Shown piece after piece: positions 26,537 through 40,717 of a stretch of 64,000 bases of DNA. The stretch spans positions 97,413-161,412 of IMG/VR virus record IMGVR_UViG_3300035498_000621. One strand, 5' to 3'. Every line of letters starts with the position of its first letter. The first letter of the stretch is position 1. A program made the position numbers and the translations under genes. Under the pieces are notes generated by a model. That model was not told the DNA's origin. It saw only the letters and a program-made list of their open reading frames with translations, and did no database searches. This DNA is from a virus (Duplodnaviria; Caudoviricetes).

Positions 26537-27499
26537 TCAACAATTACAACCTCCACTTAAAGTAGAAATACCACTAGCAACATTTAATCCATAATTAACA
26601 GGAATAAATCCTCCCATTGCTGGAGTATAAGGAACTTTAGCAACTAAAGGTTGATTACATTCTATAGAAGCTAATCTAGAACTTAAATCACAAAGTGAAG
26701 TATTAATTGGCGTAACAGCTTGACTAATCATTTGTCCAAATGTGGCAGTTTGTACCTATTGAGAAAGTTGAGACTGCAATTGACTCTTAGATTCTCTTAA
26801 TGCATCAATTTTATCATACAATGCTTGAGTTTGCATTGCATCAAGTTTTCCAATTATAGCATTAGTATTTGCAGATGCTCCATCTCTTAAAGAAATAGCA
26901 TTGCTATTAATACTATTAGTTATACTATTAGTTTGCTGACAATTAGCAAGCTGATTCTAGTATCCTTGTTCGGTAATTGCTTGTCTTATATTGCAACACG
27001 ATTGTGATAATTGATTAGCAATAGCACAATCTCCTGATTGAACAGCATTAATTACTTGTTGCGATGACATACCAACTTGATTACCAACACTTTGAATCTA
27101 CGACATAACTCCGTTAATGGCCTGTTGAATGTTACCAGCAGAGCAATTAAGGGTTGAAGCAAGCTAACTAATAGCACTACCATTTCCATTTATTGCCTAC
27201 ATTAAAAGTTCTCGACCAGCATCATTATTTATCTAACTTGATAAATAATCGACTCCTTGAGTAGTAGCTCGGTTTCCGCCGAAACCTCCCCAACCACCGC
27301 CTCCCCATCCCATGAGGAAGAATAGGAAAATAACCCACATGAACCAGCCGCCTTCACCTCCGAAACCATTATTATTTTTCATAAGTGCAAGAACACCTGG
27401 ATCAATACCTCTCTAAGATAGCATTGGTCCTAAAAGGGACATCAAACCACTGTTTCCAGTACTTTGTTCTGGAAACATAAAAACTTTACTGTCTGACAT
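26537..27499 (-). CDS. Gly-rich membrane-anchored coiled-coil protein (320 aa)
   Basis: NNNGFGGEGGWFMWVIFLFFLMGWGGGGWGG transmembrane motif, GRELLMQAINGNG, SCC.IRQAI, C-terminal GCNC. Confidence 0.8.
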
Positions 27500-27605
27500 A
27501 AATATAAATTTAATTTTTGGTTATGAGTAATCGAATCTGATCTTTTAATAATTATATCTATTTAACTATGGTACCATGTAAAATCTTCGTCAAAATTTTG
27601 ACACA

Positions 27606-27636
27606 CAAAATTAGTAATGAAAATTCAATATTCAAA
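27606..27636 (-). promoter_or_regulatory. Bacteroidota primary-sigma promoter
   Basis: Exact TTTG-N19-TAATTTTG. Confidence 0.75.
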
Positions 27637-27675
27637 TATAATAATGTTAAAAAATGTTAAAATTAATATAAAATA

Positions 27676-27751
27676 ATATCCGAACCTTAAACTATAAAAT
27701 TTAAGATTCGGATATACATAAAAAGGAAAATCCGACTTTTTAAGCCGGATT
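27676..27751. terminator. two tandem hairpins ending the tail-fibre operon
   Basis: ATATCCGAA/TTCGGATAT and AATCCG/CGGATT inverted repeats. Confidence 0.6.
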
Positions 27752-28224
27752 TATCCAAAAATTATTGATATGTAAATATTTAAAAATGCTATATTTTCTA
27801 CCCAAAATAATTTATTTTTTGCTTTTAATATTAATATTATTATTAATATAATTCCTAATATAATAGGAATAATATATATTCCACATACTATATTCCAAAT
27901 TAAAGATATAATAGATGCTAAAATAGCAAAACTCATGTGTATAAATCTATTTTCTCCTAAATATTTAGGAGCTAAACCAACAATACTTAACGATATTACT
28001 GATAAAAAAGATAAAAACTAAAAATTAATTGGACTAATTTCGACCCAAGCTGGAAAAATTAAAAATGACACCAATAACATCCAAATAGTAAATAATTCTT
28101 TCTTTTTTATATAATAATAAGTTTCAGATATACAACTTGGTTTATATTTTATATAAGTAATAGATGTATATGTAAAATATAAAATTATTGATAATAATAA
28201 ACATATTAAAGCAAATATACTCAT
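27751..28224 (-). CDS. multi-pass membrane protein (157 aa)
   Basis: ORFs 28018-28224 and 27751-27936 join through TAG; about 5 hydrophobic segments. Confidence 0.75.
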
Positions 28225-28949
28225 ATATTAAATGTTAATTTATCAGGGTATCCCTATTTATAATCATAATTCTAAACATCTTCTACAGAAGTTAAATTAC
28301 TTACATTTACTTTATGTTCAGCTGTTTTATTATAACATTCTAATGCATATAATTCTAGTGCGCTGAGCATTTGAATAGCAGCATCGGTATTTATAGTTAA
28401 TTTAATATTTCCAAACCATAAAGTAGATTCTTCTTTTCCTGATTCTTTTTCAATATTAAGAGAATTCATTAATCCTACTCTAGTTGATTTATCAAGCCAT
28501 ACTTGAAGATCATTTAAAATAAATGAATTTACTTCTGAAGATGTATCATATGTATCTATTTCTTTAATTACTTTATTAATAGCAGATTCTAATTCAGTAG
28601 GTTTTTCTTTAATACCTAAATCAATCTATACCATCTCATATATATCTTCAACAAGAGAATTTACTTCATCACTAATATTTGGACTATTTAAAGTATTATA
28701 TAAAGAAGTTCCTGATTCATCAATATAAGCTTTTAAAACAGCTTCATAACATTTATTCAGTGTAGGAGTACCAGAAATTCTAACTTGTCCATAATTATAT
28801 CTAGTTTCTTCTTTAAAATCATCACTTCCAAATTCTTTAATTGATATTATATTTGATTCAATATCAAAATTATAATACCAAATTCCATTATTTAATGATT
28901 CAAAATTTTTAGGTTTAATTGAACAATTTACTTTATTAATTTTAAACAT
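28221..28949 (-). CDS. DUF4376-like protein, probable tail-fibre assembly factor (242 aa)
   Basis: YDTSSEVNSF...WLDKSTRVGLMNS...LELYALECYN.TAEH...YDY..GYPDKL.F; directly downstream of the fibre; ATGA overlap. Confidence 0.7.
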
Positions 28950-29043
28950 AATTACAATTTAATAATATTAAATAGTATAGTTAAAAATTAAAAATATTTT
29001 ATATCTATTAAGAGATTAACTTTATTAATCTCCTTATTTATAT

Positions 29044-32000
29044 TTATTCACTATCAGGAAAAGATACAGAAGAAGATACAGTTCTAAATCCAGCTGTAAT
29101 GCTTGATACAGTCACAGCAGTAGCACTAAAACTCTATCTACAAAGACCTGAATCAGTGGCAAGATTTGAATATCCACCTACCATAACTGTACAGAATGGA
29201 ATTTGGTTAATAATATCATAATAATTACATTTATATGTTGTACTAGTAGCTCCATACGACTTTGGTATAATATTAGCATTATTTTCTAGACCAAATTCTT
29301 TTATATATCCATTTGTATATGGTATTATTGTAGAAATTCGTTCATAACTATCATTTAAAATATCAGCAAATTTACTTGAATCCTAACAAGTATATACATA
29401 AACTCCATCATGAGCATTCTAATCTGAATCAATAAGTACGCCATCAAGATTAGTCCAAATATCTCCAAATGGATTATCAAATCCACGCCAACGAGGAACA
29501 GATATAAAATAATTATAAGTACTTGTCTAATAAGTATTACGAGTACAATCTATAGTAATATTACAATTATCTTGAATTTCAGTAAAATATATAAATTTAT
29601 TATAACTGCTACCGTATGATTCCCAATCTACATTATAAGTGCCATCTTCAGACACTTCTAATATTGTATTCATATCATTACTAGTACCTTCTTTGAATAT
29701 TATTTTCTATTCATCAGTTAACCCAGAAATTGTATATGAAATAGTTCCCCAAACATTATCAGATGATTGATAAAAAGCATAATTATCAATATTTTTCACA
29801 GCAGTAATATTCCATGAATTATTTTTAGTAGAACCACTTATTACAGTTGTATCATATCTCCAACTAGAAAAATAAACAGAATATATATAGTCAGGAACTT
29901 GAATTAACATATCTTTTATTCCTGTACCATTACCCAATTCATTTAAATATCCACAAGGAGTTAATGGGCCTTCATTATTATAATTTGGAGAAGTTGGGCC
30001 TAAAATTGTAACTCCTTTTCCAAGACCTCCTTGATGATATCCATTTTCAGTTAATTCAGAATTATAATCTTCTTTAACATTAAAATTAGCATATTCTATT
30101 ACATATAACCAATAAAAAATATTTTTATACTAATCATATGATAGCATCTATGAACCAGCTTTACGAGAACATGACCTCATAAAAGGTCTTGACAAATTAG
30201 TTCTAGGTTTTCCTAAATCACTTCTAAATATATCAATGTCTGTATCATCTGCTCCAGTTAAATATTTATCATAGTCACTTCGATTATCACCACCTCTGAC
30301 TTCTTTTCCGGTATTAACTACAGATATAGCGCTCTATACTGGTAGAGTTGATAAATATCCCATATCAACAGGTAATGAATTTAATATTGTACTTCTATAT
30401 GCATCAATTAATATTTCTGGCTAACAAGTCCAAGTGTCATCAATTTTATAAGTTGAAATCCAAACTCTTCTTATATCATCAATACTTTCAGATTTAATAT
30501 AAAAAGTAGGACAATAAATTCTCACTGTACCATCATATCCATCAAGTCTTGATCCTACCTCTAGAAACATTCCTTCGTCTTCTAGGCCATTATAATATAC
30601 TGTATTATCCCATTCAATTTCTAAAATATTATTAGAATAATCAATTGCAATTATTTTACCAATATTACCATCATATTTAATATATTGGTTGACAGCAAGA
30701 GGCCCTATATTTCCATCAGTTATTTCAATTTTTATATACTACTAATTAATAATATAATTTCCTGTTGGAACTCCTATTAATCTAGTAGCATTTTCTTTTT
30801 TAAATCTCCAATCATTTTCATCAAGCCAATAAATTATTTTATCTCCTTGAGCAATGCATCCTTTTAACTATGACTATATTGGAAGTGTTTTATGCAAAGA
30901 CATATTACCAATACGAGTAAGATGAGGATCTGCAACATTTGTATCCCATTCTACACCATAAGCATAAATTTCTTCAAGATTTAATACATCAGAAAGATCT
31001 TTCCATTTAGCTTTTCCTTCACTATCCCAAAGTAAAATCTATCCATTATAACCATCAGCGGGTATGTGATTTAAACCATTTGTATTATTTTCTAAATGAT
31101 TATTTAAAGAATCATTTGTATTATTTGCAGTTTTCTATGCTTCTGATGATACAGTTATAGCATTATTTATAGATTCATCAAATCCATTAACTGTAGTTTT
31201 TAAAGTACTAATATCTGATGTATTATTATTTAACTAAGTAAGCATTGCTGCACCAGTATCATAAGGAAATATACCAGTAGAAGATCCAGATTTTGCAACA
31301 GAATAGACTCCAGCATCTGTAATTTTAATAATAATACTTTTTATAGTAACCTAAGCATTAGCAGCAGTTCTACTTAATTCTACAAAATTAAAATAAGCAC
31401 CATCATAATTTACATTAAGATTTGTTTTAGTATCTGCATCATATAAAAAATATCCATTTTTAGATATATTTATAAGATCATCTTTAGTTAAAGCACTACC
31501 ATCACCAATATTAGTTCCAGTACTCTAACTTATAACGCCAGTAGACCAATCTACATCTGTAACTCTATAAGAAGTAAGTGCTTCAATAACATCAGAAGAA
31601 CTTGCACTAGTTGTTAATGCAAATAATTTAGAACCTCTAATAGATTTCTATTTATAAACAGGAAGATTCTATAATTTACTATAAAATTCTTGTAATAATG
31701 TAAGTTTAGATATTTTTCTAACTGCAAATTTTACAGTTGCTGGTGCTCCATTATTTACTGAAATTGTATCAGCATCAGCTGTTAATTGTACTCTTGTTGT
31801 ACCAATAGAAAATGCAGACCATAAATAAAAAGAATCTGCTGTTTGAGTGCCATCTTTACTAAATTGAATTTGTACATTAGATGCCCATCCATTAGTATTT
31901 CCTAAATAGTCTTTAAGTTCAAATTCAACAACATCTCCTGCTTTTAAACTAACATCAGTACATAAATTAGTAGTAGTATCCGAATTACAACTAACTGTAT

Positions 32001-32475
32001 ATTGCCAAATATAACTATCAGTTAAATCAGCGTTTAATTCAGTTGTAAAATTAGCATCGGTATGTACATAATTATCATCAGCAATTGCTGGAGATATAGC
32101 ATGATACATTTGTCCAATACCATTTTTTACAGCTGTATATTTCATATAAAGTCCAGCTTTATTTGCATAATCTGAAGTTCCATTAACAGCATCTCCAGAT
32201 ACATATTTAAACATAGAAGGTAACTATCTAGAAAAATATGTATTAGAATCAGAACCAATATAATATCTTAAATAATTAATATTATTATTGGTAATAAATT
32301 CCATAGATTTTACTTTATTATTTAATTCACTTGATACGTTATCAAACTAATTTGAAACATTATCAAGCTAAGCTTCTATGTTTGTATCATTATATTTAAT
32401 TTGATTAGAATCTGCTAATATGCCATCAGTAGTAGCAGATGTTAACTTTCCTAAAATTTTAATTTCGTCCGACAT
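29044..32475 (-). CDS. tail fibre/receptor-binding protein with C-type-lectin-fold, DGR-target-like C-terminus (1143 aa)
   Basis: YGVEWDT.VADPHLTRIGNMSLHKTLPIQS; PRWRGFDNPFGDIWTNLDG; terminal VGG....SGL....GFR. Confidence 0.75.
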
Positions 32476-32476
32476 A

Positions 32477-34054
32477 TTAACTTATTATTAATGTATAATC
32501 ACCATTTACTAATTTATTAGTAGTTCTATATATATTATAATTTGTATCTATACTATCAACAGTAGTCATAGGCACTGAAAATCCATTACATTTTACTCCA
32601 TTAACATTAAATGTAACATTAGTAGGTATTTCAAAATAAATATATTCTCCATCTTCTGATTCATTATCTATTGTAAATGTATATGTACCATTTGCATTTA
32701 GTGTTAATTTATTTTGAATATTATTTAAATTTTCAATTGTATCAGGAGTATCTGCATCAGAAGTACCATAATAAGTATAACGTCTTACATAAAGAATACC
32801 ATCTACTGTTTTAGTTATATTTTTATATGTTACTTTTACTGTATAACTCTAATCACTACTTGTAAAATAAAAATAAGTTAAATCACTTCCATTTATTAAT
32901 GTACTATCTGGATTAATTGTTTTATTTAAAACTGAAGCATCAACTGATAAAACACATGCTCTTAATTTATTACTTGTATCATATGGCGCAATTCCGCTTG
33001 GAAATGATGTATTAGTTACTGAAACAGTAAGATTATTATATATAATATCTTTTATATCTTCAATATCTGAGGAAATATTAGATGCTAATGAAGATAAATC
33101 AACAGAAGCAACTGTATTATTATCATAATCAGTTAATACTAATGTAGTTCCATTTAATTTAGCTTTTTGTATATGTGTTCTTTCTAAAGGATATGCATTA
33201 GTTGATGCTCCAGCAATTCCTGTGACTCCAGTAATTTCTCTAATCCAAGTACTACAATTGTATACAAAAACTTGCTATACTTTTCCAGCAACTCCTCTAT
33301 ACTAAAATATTAAACCAGATGCAGATGAACCATCATTTGCTGGATAAATAAATTTAATAATACTAATATCTTTACTTCCAGCTATTTCTGATTTAGCTGC
33401 AAATTCTATTATTTCATCTACATTTGCAACTTCTTTAACAATTATATTTTTATCTAATGAAGAACTAACTTGAATATATTCAGAACCAGACCATCTATAA
33501 ACATAATTAGTATCAAGAGAAAGATAAATTTTTCCAGTTTCTCCAGTTTCAGGAAAAGATGTTAATGAACCAAATTCTAATACATCATCTACATAAGAAG
33601 GAAGCTATGAAGAAGGAACTAATCCACTTCCATCTAAAGTAGCAACGCCATTAATAGCCCCCATTTCTGATCTTTTTACTTGTGCATCATTAGTAACTTC
33701 ATTTAAACCAACTTGTTCTTTAGTTACTTGATGTGGATTTGATTTATCATTAATATGAGATTCTAAATTAGTATTAATACTAGTTATAGAATCTAATTTA
33801 ACTTTATCTTCTGCAGATAATAATCCTTTTTCAGTATCAGATGCCTCTGGAATAGTAATATCTATACTTTCTCCAGAATTAAATGTTAAAGTAAGAATTC
33901 CATTCTATATAGTATATTCTTTAATTTTTATTCCTAATGACTAATTACCTATTAATAATTCATTAGTGTCTGTTGTGATAAAGAAACCAATATGGACATT
34001 AGGATCAAATTTTGATTTTAGTCCTCTATAGATTCCTATGTCTGTTTTTGTCAT
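32477..34054 (-). CDS. tail fibre-like structural protein (525 aa)
   Basis: HINDKSNPHQVTKEQVGL; GVATLDGSGLVPSSQLPSYVDDVLE; FPETGETGKIY...YRWSGS fibre motifs. Confidence 0.75.
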
Positions 34055-35853
34055 ACATCAATTAATTTTAACGAAGCGTATAAATATCCATTTTCATCTT
34101 TTTCCAATATATTTCCTTCTTTAGAAGATAATGTTATATTATTAATTATTGGAGATAATGAAACATAATCATTATATCTAAAATCTAATGAAGAATCTCC
34201 AGACTCATTACCAAAACATTCAATTAAATATGCTTCTCCAATATTTAATGGATTTGTAAGTCTATCATATTCTATTCCATCAACATTTCTAGGAGGATAT
34301 TCTTTAAATGTATCATCGGTTGCTGATAATACAATAGTTGTTTTTATTTTTGGATCAGATAAATCAAATTCTCCAAGTTTATCATCTTCAGTTCTAGTTT
34401 TACCATAAAAAACTATTTTTCCTGGTTCCCTTATAAATTGTATATGTGAAGCAACACCATCATTATAAATATACAGCATTTTATCTGTATTACTTATATT
34501 AAGGTCTGCACTAATTTCATTATCTGAACTAATCTAAATATTAATAGATTTAGAATTTTTAGCTGTATATGTATCAACTAAATCTTTAACACTAACATAT
34601 ATTTTACTTCCAGATGTAAGTGTTAATATAATAATTTGTTCGCCTTCAGAAATTAATATATCTGATTTTGCGGCTTCAACAACATCATCAACTGTAGCTT
34701 TTCTACTTTCAGCAAAATCTAAAAAATTCTCTCTATCTAATTCTATTGTAGAAATAACATCTCCAAAACCATTTTTAAGATTAAGTTCTTTAGTTTTAGC
34801 TTTTATATTTCCGTATTCTAAAGAAATACCTACAGTATTTACTTGTTGCTATATATAGTCTTTAACATTAATTATGCCATCAAGAGCAGCTTTAAGAGTA
34901 AGTAATTCTATATACTACTCTTTTGTCATCATTCCATTCTAAGTATTACTTACTGTATTTAATGATATATATTGTACATCACTAGAATCTGATTTTTTAT
35001 AAGCTAATGTTAAAGTATCAGGATTATATTCTAAAGAAATAATTGGAGAATCACCAGATTCAAGATTAACTCCATATCTTCTAGTTCCTAAATAAATATA
35101 TGGTTTATCAGTAATAAAATAGACTGTTCCAGGATCTTTTTTGGAAATATTTAAATATTCAGCTAATGTTAAATTTTCAACTTTTAAATTATAACCGGTT
35201 GTGCCAATAGGTATAAATGCTTTTAATTTACCTAAATCTGAAGAAAGTTGCACTCCAGTATCTTCGTTATCTAATTCTAAATTAGTATATATTCCAGAAT
35301 TAGTATATTTTAATTTAACAGCTGAAATTTTATTATTTCCTTTATCTATTTTAATATTTGATTTTATAACACCATCTATTACTTCAGTAGAAATAGTATT
35401 AGTTTCTCCACCTGTAATTATTAAATTTAATTCATCTAAATTTACAAGATATTTATTTCCATTGCTTAATGTAATAGCTAATACATTAGAATTTATAGGA
35501 TAATCAAAACCATTATCTATATCAACCTATGTAATTTTTCTACCTACAAAACTTGTTATATGAACTTCTTCTGGTATTCTAATTACAGTAACTATTGATC
35601 CATCAATAGCCTGTGCTGTTAATCTCATCATTCCAGGATTATCTGGATCTTTATCATAAAGTAGACTAGTAATTCCATTTTTAGTTTGCAATTGTGTTAC
35701 TAATGCAGCAACAGCTTTTTCAGATAATATTACATTATCCTATGGACTAGAAGATGGTTCATTAGCTACATTTATATCTCCAAAGTTGAGCCAGAGATAA
35801 TCTAACTGGCTCATACCTTGAAGTTTCTGTAAAGAGTTCCGTTTTATTGTCAT
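34051..35853 (-). CDS. tail-associated structural protein (600 aa)
   Basis: ORFs 34939-35253 and 34051-34479 are in frame with ATG 35853; ATGA overlaps at both ends. Confidence 0.65.
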
Positions 35854-38027
35854 TCTATTTCAGAAATATATAAATTAGGTAATTGACTTTCTGGAACTAT
35901 ACCATTAACAAGATCTGCTTTATTTAATAAAGTATTATTAATAGCTTCTAATAAATCATCAATTTCCTTTTTAGTATAAAATTCCCCATTAGGTATCCCA
36001 TTAACTGCTTCTGAAATTCTATTCTATACCCAACTTGTAGAAGGAATACGCTAAGAAGAATCATCAGCATCTGGAGATGTTTCAATTTGTGGAGTACCAG
36101 TAAAAGTAGGTGAATCTATTGAAGCTTTATAAGTTTCTAAATTAATAACTCTTTGAGATAAATCTGATAATATATTAGATAAATTAATAGTAGTTACACT
36201 ATCATCATAAAATGTAAATATTAAATCAGAATTGTTAAGTTCAACATTCTTTAAATATTTATCCGTTGGAATTTCAATCTATCCTATATTAACATTGTCT
36301 ACTAATAATGCATAAGTTAAATCATCAATTTTATTTAACTATACATTTTCTATTTTAGTATCTATTGCTTCAGATAAACTTTTTTCAGATTCACTTGCTC
36401 TTGAAATTTCAGAATTTAATTTTTCTTTTAAATCAGAAATCTAATCATTAATAGATGTATCTGAATTTCCAATTAAATTTTTAATTTCAGAAATCTATTT
36501 ATTTAATTCATTATCAGTATTATTAATATTATCAATAACAACACTAAGTGTCTAATCATTATGAGTAATAGAATCAGTAGTTCCATCAACACTTAATGCA
36601 TTTCCTACTTTTTTAAGAATATTATGTTTATCAATATATATTCTAACATCAGCTGATAACTAATCTTGACCATCTAATACTACATTACGTTCTAATTCAA
36701 CAACTTTATCTGGTTGAGAATTATCAACATCCCATTCTCTTATTAAAGTACCAACAGGAATAGTAATAGGTTGACTAGTTCCATCAATTAATTTAAATAC
36801 CATATTAATTGATTCTGATTCAGGAACATATTCTGCAGATTCAACAACAGAAGAAAGACCAAGAATATGCTAATTAATTAATTTATTATTAGCATATAAA
36901 GATAATATTCCATTACTATAAGTAGATTTAATATTAAAATAAAGTCCGTCATCTTTCTTTAAAAGATCATTACCTAATGCATTTGATAACTAAAGCTTAG
37001 CTCCAATTATATAACTATCTAATTCTTTTCGTATATTTAAATTAACTACGTCATTATTATCTGGAGTAATAGTAATTCCTGAAATAGCTTGATATACTAA
37101 TGAATCAAGTATTTTTAAAGAATTCATTACTGACGTAGCATCTTGTAAATAATGAGTAGTTTTATCAGAATTGTAAGAACCATCGCCACTAAGTCCAACT
37201 CCTATTTCTATTTGATTAAGTTCAGATTGTAAATTAAAATCTGTATTTATAGAGTCAGCTTTTAAAATTCTTATAAAATCTTCAATTCCTCTAAGTGTTC
37301 TAAAATCTTCAGAAGGAGTTGGATTACCAAGGATTTCTGACTAAAAATCAATTAATACATTTTTAAGTTTATCAGAATCAGTATATCCTTCTAAAAAAGA
37401 TTTAAGTTCTTGAAGTGTATTTATTTGATTACTATTACTATCAACAGTATTTAAAAAATTATTAAGTGCATTAGATACTTCTGTTAAAGAATTATAAGGA
37501 AGTGTTTTTAAATATTCTATAACGTCAGAATCTTGTGTTCCAGCTAATGCTTGAATTTCTTTTGATGAATTATTAATTTTATCATCTATATTTGTAAATT
37601 CACTTTTTAACTAAATTATTGCATTAGCTAAATCAAGTAAACTATTTAAATCATCAGGAACATTAGTTGGATCATTAGTTCCCCAAATTACTGTTTCATA
37701 ATCTGTTATTTCTTTAATTTTATCATCTAATTTAGTTTCAAAATTATTAAGTTGTTCAAGTATTGAATTTATATCAGACCCAGAGATGAGTTTAGTAAAT
37801 TCAAATTCATCATCATTAGTCTATTTCTTTGTAACCCAATATAGACCTTGGTTTCCTGTCCCATCATTTTCAACTATTCTTAATAAACCTTTATGAAGAG
37901 TAGTAGCATTAATTGGATCTGAATAAAATTCTTTAAGAGCTTCTGGAGTAGGAAATATGTAATTAGCCTCCATTGGATAATTACCAGTCCTAATGAAGCT
38001 TCCCATCATTTGACTATATTGGCTCAT
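35850..38027 (-). CDS. tail fibre-like coiled-coil structural protein (725 aa)
   Basis: Open under code 15; ASIDSPTFTGTP and ADLVNGIVPESQLP fibre motifs. Confidence 0.65.
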
Positions 38028-39823
38028 TATTCTTTCGATTTAAAATTAAATGTTACGTCTTGATTAATTGAAGATAGAGCTTGTTTATAAATATACATTT
38101 TGTATATTACATCCTTTTCTACACCAGGAATTTGCATTGGAATAGCATCAATTACATCAAATGATTCTATTCCAAAATTCTAAGATTTAGTAACCATTTC
38201 ATTTAGATCAGGATAACTTTCTGGCAATACAATAAATGGATGTTTAAGTTCTGCACCTGTATAATCATATGTAAAAGTAAATGTAGTTAATTCTTTATAA
38301 TAAGATTGAAGATTATCATCTTGATTTAAAAAACGATTATTTTCATCTTCTTTACAAAGTTCTATTAAATAATCCATTGTAACTACATTTCCAAATTTCC
38401 ATTTAGGAAGTAATCCTACAAATACAGGCATATAACATTTTACTACTTCAGTTTCTTCATGAACTGCACCATTACGATAATATACTTTAAACGTAAATTC
38501 TGTATCTCCGTTTAAAGCTTCACTATCAATAGTTATACAACCATCTTCAAAATCTTCACCATGTAATGTTGCAATTACTACTCCATTTTGCAATAATTCA
38601 GCATAATCAATATTAGCTGTAGATCCATGTATGCATAAAGTAATAGGACATTTTTCAGTAATAATGATATATTCTGGAACAATAAGATCTATTCCGTTTC
38701 CATAGAAAATTGCATCACATACTTGCTAAAGAGTCATAACACTTGGCACTTCTGAATTATCTTCAATATGCCCAACTGTTGATTGAACAGGACCAGAAGT
38801 TTTCCAAACAGATTCAGGTAATGATTGAATAGTATTAGAAACTTCTTTAATTTTTTCTGTTACCTAACGTAAAGTAACTAAATCAGAAGGATTAACTGCA
38901 TCCTATCCAGCTTGTGGTGCTTTAAATGAAGTAGTTCCATCTTGAAGAACATATCCAAGTTCTTTTACTTTATCTATAATCTTATGAGGATCTTCTGTAA
39001 TAAGATGCATACTTAATGCTTCTTCAACAGAAGTTGCAACTAATTTATCAATTATATAATCAATTTGTCCTCTAGAATAAGTTTGAGTTTTATCATAAAC
39101 TTGTTCAGCTAAAGCATATTTCTTTAACTTATTAGTAAGTTTTTCAATAAAACCATGAGGATCAATATCTTGTTTATGAGTTTCAAGTAAGTCGTCAACA
39201 TATTTTTTAGTAGTTAAATGACTACTAATACTAGGAGTACGTCCAGATACAGGTCTAGTAAATGGAGTAGTTCCATCTGACTTCATAAATTGGGAATTTT
39301 TATCATCTATTTCCCCTTTAGTATATACATCTTCTTTAGTATATACATCATTTTCTTTTACATAATCCTTTAATAGATTTTCAACCTATTCTATAATTTT
39401 AGATTTATCCGTTTGTTTAAGGCAATTCTAAACAAGCTAATCTACATATAGTTTAGTTGTAAGATCGTGATTGGATTTTGGTTCTACTCCAGTCTAAGTT
39501 GACGTAAATGGAGTAGTTCCGTCTAATCTGACAAAATTCTCAAGAAGAGTTTCAACAGCCACTCTTGTAATAAAATCAGAAGAATCTAAAGATTCTGCAA
39601 TTTTCTTTTTTATTCTATCAATTATGACTGGTTCAACCTCTTCTTTAGTATATACATCCTCAGCAGCTGGAACTCCTAAATTATATCTTGCAACGGACTT
39701 CTCTGATTCTGTTTCAAATTCAGAGAGCATATTGTCCTTAATTAAATAATTAGAATTATTAACTACTTGAGTTTGCTCTTCTTGAGAATCCTCCTGTCCT
39801 GGAGTTAATATTGTTTCTGCCAT
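38027..39823 (-). CDS. tail fibre-proximal structural protein with three DGTTPF..Q.G..P....L.T..(Y)V repeats (598 aa)
   Basis: Three ORF fragments in one frame; TAATG overlap. Confidence 0.65.
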
Positions 39824-40005
39824 TTATTATTAGTATAATACTATAAAGCAATTAATGATAATCTTTCATCTAATTCATTGTGCTATATTAAATCTATAAA
39901 AGAAATTTCTTCTAGTATAAACTCATAGTCTGGTTTGTATCCTTTTTGTACTTCACATAAAAAATTTACAAACTCTTCTGCTACTTTCTTTTTAAGAACA
40001 TCCAC
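39805..40005 (-). CDS. small protein, possible tail hub B (66 aa)
   Basis: GTG start overlapping the upstream stop; open with 2 TAGs; function from synteny only. Confidence 0.5.
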
Positions 40006-40717
40006 ATCCGCTGACATTATTTCTTGTTTTTTTATCACCACATACTCCATTACAAGAATGCATCAATTCAATGATACGCTCAGCTTCGTAGAGTTGGTTA
40101 CATTCAACCATATACTTGATAACATTCAATGCCATCCAGACTAAATCTCTTTTATAAATCAATTCACTATCTATATTGTTTTTATTCCAACATTGAGAAA
40201 ATCCTCTTTCGTCGAATATCTACTTGCACAAATTTACATAACATTTTTGTAGTAAACAAACAGATGTTAATTCTTTACTTATTTTAGATATTGTTGTAGA
40301 AATTGGATTAACTTCTAAAATTTCTTGTAAATCTGTAACTAATACTGTCTATTTAGTTTTTGGATTATATTTAAATACTTGTTCGTTATCTAAATAATAT
40401 ACCTATTCGTATACTCCAAGAAAATCTGCCTAAGAAGAAGAACTAATCATTTGATTAACCCATTCTTTTGTAGGTAATACAATATAATTTACAGTAAACC
40501 AACCGTCAAATTCAATAGGAACTTCAGTATTAAAATGTGTTGATTTAATTTCAGGATTATCTATACTATTTAAGTATAATATAGTCATTGAAGCAGTATC
40601 AGACTTTCTAAAAAATCCTTTCTTAAATGCAGTATCGTCTTCAGATAAATACGTAGAAAGATCTTCTATTGTAATCTTACATTGGTTTTGAGTATTAATA
40701 TTTATATTAAGTTCCAT
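39992..40717 (-). CDS. probable tail hub protein (241 aa)
   Basis: RDLVWMALNVIKY...C...EA.RIIE....CNG.C...GCGCS C-terminus. Confidence 0.55.
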
